Positions 22,913-24,000 of a stretch of DNA of 24,000 nt are shown piece by piece. A program made the position numbers and the translations under genes. Source of the DNA: Erysipelotrichaceae bacterium OPF54 (GTDB lineage: Bacteria > Bacillota_I > Bacilli_A > Erysipelotrichales > Erysipelotrichaceae); contig BQKD01000001.1 in the NCBI GenBank assembly GCA_022834735.1, positions 139,659 to 163,658 of the forward strand. The letters run 5' to 3'. Below the pieces are notes generated by a model. That model was not told the origin of the DNA and made no database searches. It was given only the letters and a program-made list of their open reading frames with translations. The number at the start of each line of letters is the position of its first letter. The first letter of the stretch is position 1.

Positions 22913-23080
22913 ATGACATTAAATACGATAAAAAGTAAGCTGTGTCAGCTGGCATTCTTTCTGATTGTTTGCGGTTTTGCGTTTGCGGGCATGCCGGTCC
23001 ATGCCGAGGGCGAAGCGGCTGCCTGGGGAGCGCATACGGCTACGGTCATGATCGATCCGGGTCATGGGGGTTGTAGATAA
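22913..23080 (+). pseudogene. N-acetylmuramoyl-L-alanine amidase (Amidase_3-type); only the N-terminal 55 codons remain
   Basis: A signal peptide (MTLNTIKSKLCQLAFFLIVCGFAFAGMPVHA) is followed by VMIDPGHGG, the start of the amidase_3 catalytic domain. The frame then stops at 23078-23080, where base composition changes abruptly. Confidence 0.6.
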
Positions 23081-23153
23081 CGCAAGTGATGAAAACAATG
23101 AAAATACAAGGAGAAAGGCAACTGTTGTACCTATTAAAATAGAATATGTGTGA
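23073..23153 (+). pseudogene. Orphan 3' gene fragment (unknown protein tail) with its own terminator
   Basis: The frame reads VDNASDENNENTRRKATVVPIKIEYV-stop. It begins exactly at the junction with the amidase fragment and is followed by the terminator at 23176-23206. Confidence 0.3.
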
Positions 23154-23175
23154 GAGGACAAGCCTTTCAGTAATG

Positions 23176-23206
23176 TAGACGTTCAGAAATGAGCGTCTAT
23201 TTTTTT
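23176..23206 (+). terminator. Rho-independent terminator candidate
   Basis: TAGACG (23176-23181) pairs with CGTCTA (23194-23199) across a 12-nt loop, followed by seven T residues (23200-23206). Confidence 0.45.
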
Positions 23207-23233
23207 ACCCAAAATGAAAGGAGCATTAGATTT

Positions 23234-23287
23234 ATGAAAAAGACATTGAAACGATTGTGTACGGGCTTCTTAGCTCTTGCAACGTAA
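23234..23287 (+). pseudogene. Secreted-protein or lipoprotein gene start (MKKTLKRLCTGFLALAT) truncated by the IS66 insertion
   Basis: An AAAGGAG RBS and a signal-peptide-like 17 codons are present. The stop codon TAA is supplied by the GTAAGCG terminus of the IS. Confidence 0.3.
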
Positions 23288-23314
23288 GCGGGAAAAAGAA
23301 CCGCGGGTATTCAG

Positions 23315-23360
23315 CCTCCAGTTCATTGAGTATATTGATGCTATGAACTGGAGGTTTTTT
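23315..23360 (+). terminator. Strong hairpin plus T-run just inside the IS66 left end; a read-through insulator or RBS-sequestering structure
   Basis: CCTCCAGTTCAT (23315-23326) pairs perfectly with ATGAACTGGAGG (23343-23354) across a 16-nt loop, followed by TTTTTT (23355-23360). The 3' arm contains the GGAGG RBS of orf1, whose ATG is at 23362. Confidence 0.6.
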
Positions 23361-23361
23361 C

Positions 23362-23550
23362 ATGAGCGAATCAAAACAGAATTCGAATACCTATTCTTCT
23401 TTTGCTGAAGTCCGCCTTCCTGATCCGGGTCCCAGGAAACAAACCGGATCGGATCGGCCAGCTATCGTTATTCAGTCTTCCAAAGGCAAGATCTATATCC
23501 ATAATCATACGGAACCGGTGCTGATTCGAACGGTCCTCGATTCATTATGA
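23362..23550 (+). CDS. IS66-family accessory protein orf1 (TnpA-like)
   Basis: This 62-aa protein sits immediately upstream of and overlaps IS66 tnpB (ATGA). Its C-terminal pattern IYIHNHTEPVLIRTVLDSL resembles IS66 orf1 tails. Confidence 0.7.
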   Translation: MSESKQNSNTYSSFAEVRLPDPGPRKQTGSDRPAIVIQSSKGKIYIHNHTEPVLIRTVLDSL

Positions 23551-23909
23551 GATCTCTTGATTTTAACCGCATCGATCATGTGTACATCCGTCCCGGCTAC
23601 ACGGATCTGCGCAAAGGCATTGACGGCCTGTGCCTGCTGGTTCAATCTTCCATGAAGCTGGACCCGCGTCAGAATATCCTCTTCCTGTTCTGCGGCAGAA
23701 AGACTTCCACCATCAAAGGACTGCTTTGGGAAGAGGATGGGTTCATGCTCATCACCAAGCGTCTAGAGAACGGAAAATTTCAATGGCCCAGAACGGAGGA
23801 AGAAGTCATTGCGCTGAGCGAACAGGAGCTCAGATGGCTGCTTGACGGACTGAGCATTGTACAGAAAAATGCGATTCGTCCAGCACGAAAACGTGCATAT
23901 ATTGTGTGA
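23547..23909 (+). CDS. tnpB: IS66-family accessory protein TnpB (orf2)
   Basis: YIRPGYTDLRKGIDGLCLLVQ, DPRQNILFLFCGRKTSTIKGLLWEEDGFMLITKRLENGKFQWP is the hallmark IS66 Orf2 sequence. This family is unrelated to IS605 TnpB. Confidence 0.9.
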   Translation: MRSLDFNRIDHVYIRPGYTDLRKGIDGLCLLVQSSMKLDPRQNILFLFCGRKTSTIKGLLWEEDGFMLITKRLENGKFQWPRTEEEVIALSEQELRWLLDGLSIVQKNAIRPARKRAYIV

Positions 23910-24000
23910 TGGAAAAGCCTTTCCAAGTGTGTTATAGTCGGGTCATGAAAGATGGTTACTTCGCACAGGACAACGGATCCAGCATAGAAATTCAAAAGAT
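23909..24000 (+). CDS. IS66-family transposase (orf3); first ~30 codons, running off the window
   Basis: The ATG at 23909 overlaps the tnpB stop (TGATG). The frame stays open to the window end, and the position matches IS66 organisation. The visible sequence is too short to recognise, and the ATG at 23945 is an alternative start. Confidence 0.45.
   Translation, partial: MEKPFQVCYSRVMKDGYFAQDNGSSIEIQK

Larger units (their letters stand above)
23284..24000 (+). mobile_element. IS66-family insertion sequence; left end and first genes, continuing beyond the window
   Basis: The terminus GTAAGCG at 23284-23290 is a characteristic IS66-family IR start. The three-ORF organisation (orf1, tnpB, transposase) shows overlapping or coupled stops and starts. 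Confidence 0.8.

Noticed and set aside
22919-23161. An 80-aa minus-strand ORF.
   Set aside because: It lies antisense to the amidase fragment and the orphan gene tail and spans the composition junction at about 23072. It has no RBS or recognisable motif.
1-24000. A search by eye for CRISPR arrays, tRNA or rRNA genes, and toxin-antitoxin or other classical defence gene pairs.
   Set aside because: No spaced direct-repeat array, no cloverleaf-like or rRNA-like conserved segments, and no small paired ORFs with such signatures were seen. The only direct repeat is the two-copy 52-bp duplication at 12572-12674.

Overview
The window looks like a Firmicute-type chromosome segment of about 50% GC, judged from GGAGG-type ribosome-binding sites, PTS genes, a lipobox and tightly coupled operons. 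The species cannot be named from the sequence alone. From left to right it contains seven blocks. (1) An acyltransferase fragment and a YitT-family membrane protein on the minus strand. (2) A sugar/glycopeptide catabolic locus at 1301-9364. It encodes a PRD-type regulator, an RDD membrane protein, a lactose/cellobiose-family PTS (EIIA, EIIB, EIIC), a small GrdB-N-terminal-like protein, a glycosylasparaginase, an M20 dipeptidase with a short lid, and CutC. Two promoters in this locus share one architecture: TTCCTA-N4-TAGGAA, then 33 nt, then TACAAT. (3) A Crp/Fnr regulator, next to a minus-strand thioredoxin / rhodanese / CoA-disulfide-reductase-rhodanese operon that looks like a persulfide or thiol stress operon. 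(4) A divergent control region carrying a 52-bp tandem duplication with a GTGACA-T-TGTCAC palindrome. (5) The most unusual locus is a translationally coupled operon. It encodes a VTC (polyphosphate-polymerase-like) protein, DUF4956, a secreted CotH kinase, a membrane-anchored glycosidase-like protein, a HEAT-repeat protein, a processive GT2 synthase and a lipoprotein. A TnpB-only IS200/IS605-type element, with terminal hairpins and a probable omega-RNA, interrupts it between the first two genes. (6) A decaying right flank holds a possibly frameshifted lipoprotein gene, a DeoR-like gene lacking its HTH, a truncated amidase and other gene fragments. (7) The left end of an IS66-family element (orf1, tnpB, start of the transposase). 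No rRNA, tRNA or CRISPR array was seen. All functional calls rest on motif recognition by eye; no database search was run.
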